This document shows, piece by piece, positions 62,263 through 64,000 of a DNA stretch of 64,000 nt; the stretch's first letter is position 1, and every line of letters begins with the position of its first letter. The stretch spans positions 1,056,001 to 1,120,000 of the forward strand of contig CAVSHF010000003.1 of assembly GCA_963727805.1 (NCBI GenBank). Reading direction: 5' to 3'. The notes beneath the pieces are model-generated. The model was given only the letters and a program-made list of their open reading frames with translations. It did no database searches and had not been told where the DNA came from. Source of the DNA: an uncultured Nitrospiraceae bacterium. GTDB lineage: Bacteria > Nitrospirota > Thermodesulfovibrionia > Thermodesulfovibrionales > Dissulfurispiraceae. Both the position numbers and the translations under genes were made by a program.

Positions 62263-62267
62263 ATTAG

Positions 62268-62735
62268 ATGAATGATGAACAAAGAAATAAAGCTCGGCTG
62301 AGTGAGCAATTCAAACAATTTGGCTACAAAATGACCTCGGGTCGGGAAATAACAATCGACGTGCTAGCAGCGACGAATGATCACCTAAGCGCGGAAGATA
62401 TTTACCTCAAGGTCCATTCCGTAAACCCTTCAATCGGATTGACTAGTGTTTACAGGACGCTCGAACTCCTTGTGAATATGGGGATAGTCTCAAAGTTTGA
62501 CTTCGGTGACGGAAGAGCTAGGTACGAAATGGCAGAGGGCCCCAAGGGAGCGAAACACCATCACCATCTGGTGTGCACAGGGTGCGGGCGAATTGTCGAT
62601 TATTCTGATTTTCTCAGTGAGGAAACGGCCTTCTTCAAGAGTGTAGAGGGAGCATTGTCCAAAAAGTACGATTTCAGGATTACAAATCATCTTGTCCAGT
62701 TTTACGGACTGTGTGTTATATGCCAAAGAAAGTAG
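62268..62735 (+). CDS. Fur family transcriptional regulator
   Basis: HLSAEDIY, SVYRTL, HHHHLVCTGCG, C-terminal CVIC. Confidence 0.92.
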   Translation: MNDEQRNKARLSEQFKQFGYKMTSGREITIDVLAATNDHLSAEDIYLKVHSVNPSIGLTSVYRTLELLVNMGIVSKFDFGDGRARYEMAEGPKGAKHHHHLVCTGCGRIVDYSDFLSEETAFFKSVEGALSKKYDFRITNHLVQFYGLCVICQRK

Positions 62736-62813
62736 ATATGTCGTGCATAAACAAATTAGCAATCCTTGGTGGACTACTGCTTATTGAATAAGCGAGACCA
62801 GGTGCAGAGGAAA

Positions 62814-63035
62814 ATGACTAAATCGACAGTTATAGCTCTGACTTTTATCGCTATTGGGTGTCTGCTTGTAATCTATACAGTTTTGCTGCTAAACGATTTT
62901 CTTTGTTGCCGCATCATGCTTTTTTCAGATTACGGACGTTATAGTAATCAAATTTTGCCGGTCATACTTTGTGGATTGGCTGCTTTTTTGTTTGTTGGCT
63001 TGGGGTTCTGGATCATTACCAAGGGGGAAAAATGA
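62814..63035 (+). CDS. Small two-TM membrane protein
   Basis: RBS GAGG, two hydrophobic segments. Confidence 0.5.
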   Translation: MTKSTVIALTFIAIGCLLVIYTVLLLNDFLCCRIMLFSDYGRYSNQILPVILCGLAAFLFVGLGFWIITKGEK

Positions 63036-63184
63036 CTGAAAAGGAGGACTCGATTATCTTTACTGGAGGAGCTTATATCGAAAAGCGTCCAACTTGCTAA
63101 CAGCATTTCTATGACGGGAGGAAATTAAAATCGCAAAATAGATTGCGTCTACCGTCAAATCTTACTTGAAAGGAGGTGAAGAGA

Positions 63185-63442
63185 ATGAAGAAGGTAGTTA
63201 CCATGGTTATAGCAGTTATTTTTGTTATGGGTCTTGCCTCTTTCGGCTTTGCGGCGGGACTTGAGAAGTGTGACAAGTGCCACAAGGGCGAAAAGGCAGT
63301 AGACAAGATGGTTGAGAAGAAGAAAATCGCCACAGCTGCTGACCTCAAAAAGGCTTTAAGAGAAGGTCCGAAAGCTGGCTTGCACAAGTCGTTAACCGAC
63401 GAGGATCTGAAGGCAGCCGCAGCAGCTCTTAAACTGAAATAG
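63185..63442 (+). CDS. Small monoheme cytochrome c
   Basis: RBS AGGAGG, signal peptide, CDKCH, distal His. Confidence 0.8.
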   Translation: MKKVVTMVIAVIFVMGLASFGFAAGLEKCDKCHKGEKAVDKMVEKKKIATAADLKKALREGPKAGLHKSLTDEDLKAAAAALKLK

Positions 63443-63572
63443 GCTTTCCCAAATAAAGAGGCTCGCCATAACAAATATTCCATGGTGGGCCTTTTTATTC
63501 TTTCCCTTCATTCTTTGTATCCAGGTTAGGCGATGATAGCTTAAGGTTAGTAGGGACATCTCTATCGCGAGA

Positions 63573-63657
63573 CAAGAGACACTCGACGAAGTGGCCACGA
63601 TAGATTTTTTTCGGTAATCATCGATTCAGGCTTACTGTGGGCACTCATGATTATCAG
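63573..63657 (+). repeat. Dispersed repeat, copy G
   Basis: GATAG.TTTTTTT.GGTAATCA-N27-TGATTATCAG; upstream blocks match copies A and F. Confidence 0.6.
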
Positions 63658-63704
63658 AAGGCACTTGCGGTGCAATATATATACTTTTCTAACCAAATAG
63701 CATT

Positions 63705-64000
63705 TCAAGATGACTTTTCCCCAACTAGAAAATTATGGTATGGCAGAACAGCATGTTTTCTGATATTCATAAAACCACGGGCGCGCATCTGCTTCGCGAT
63801 TGTTTCTTCGGTTACCCTTATTTTAATGGGAGGTCCTTCGGGTGTTTCCTCCTTCTTCCAATCTATAATAATGAGCTTGCCACCGTCTTTCAATAGCCGC
63901 AGAGACTCTTTTATTACCACAACGGGTTCTTCAAGCTCATGGTGAAGGTTGATCATATAAACCAGGTCAGCTATGCTATCGGGCAGTGGGACTAAACTCT
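63705..64000 (-). CDS. Class I SAM-dependent methyltransferase, 5'-truncated by the window edge
   Basis: LPDSIADLV..HE, RLLKDGG.L.IIDW, GPP motifs. Confidence 0.8.
   Translation of the reverse strand, partial: SLVPLPDSIADLVYMINLHHELEEPVVVIKESLRLLKDGGKLIIIDWKKEETPEGPPIKIRVTEETIAKQMRARGFMNIRKHAVLPYHNFLVGEKSS

Noticed and set aside
1..64000. CRISPR array, rRNA or complete tRNA
   Set aside because: No regularly spaced repeat-spacer array or full cloverleaf was seen; only two tRNA 3' fragments.

Overview
64 kb from an anaerobic Gram-negative bacterium; gene content suggests Nitrospirota or Desulfobacterota (inference). 1-15 kb is housekeeping-like: M28 peptidase, a Lys/Ala-rich histone H1-like ORF coupled to livHMGF, bioB, bioW, two Crp/Fnr regulators, a lipid kinase, and a PAS kinase followed by an unusual receiver-LpxC fusion. 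15-49.4 kb is a mosaic accessory region: an FNOR-cooF-cooS CO dehydrogenase operon, many single cargo genes and pseudogenes, two tRNA-Pro 3'-end att-like sites, an IS200 remnant, two IS110 remnants and four intact IS110-family elements. For these four, candidate bridge/seek-RNA guides can be matched by eye to their flanks and ends. A degenerate dispersed repeat (about 8 copies, AATCA-N27-TGATT core) runs through the region, and one IS1111-type element appears programmed to target it. 49.5-61 kb is a respiratory locus: M56-like protease, five tandem small membrane paralogues, cytochrome c3, a HybA/HmcB-like and NrfD pair, a 13-heme cytochrome plus cytochrome b, and a NarL-type two-component system. 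The window ends with an EFR1 ferredoxin, a Fur-family regulator, a monoheme cytochrome and a partial methyltransferase. All alignments were made by eye; no database searches were run.
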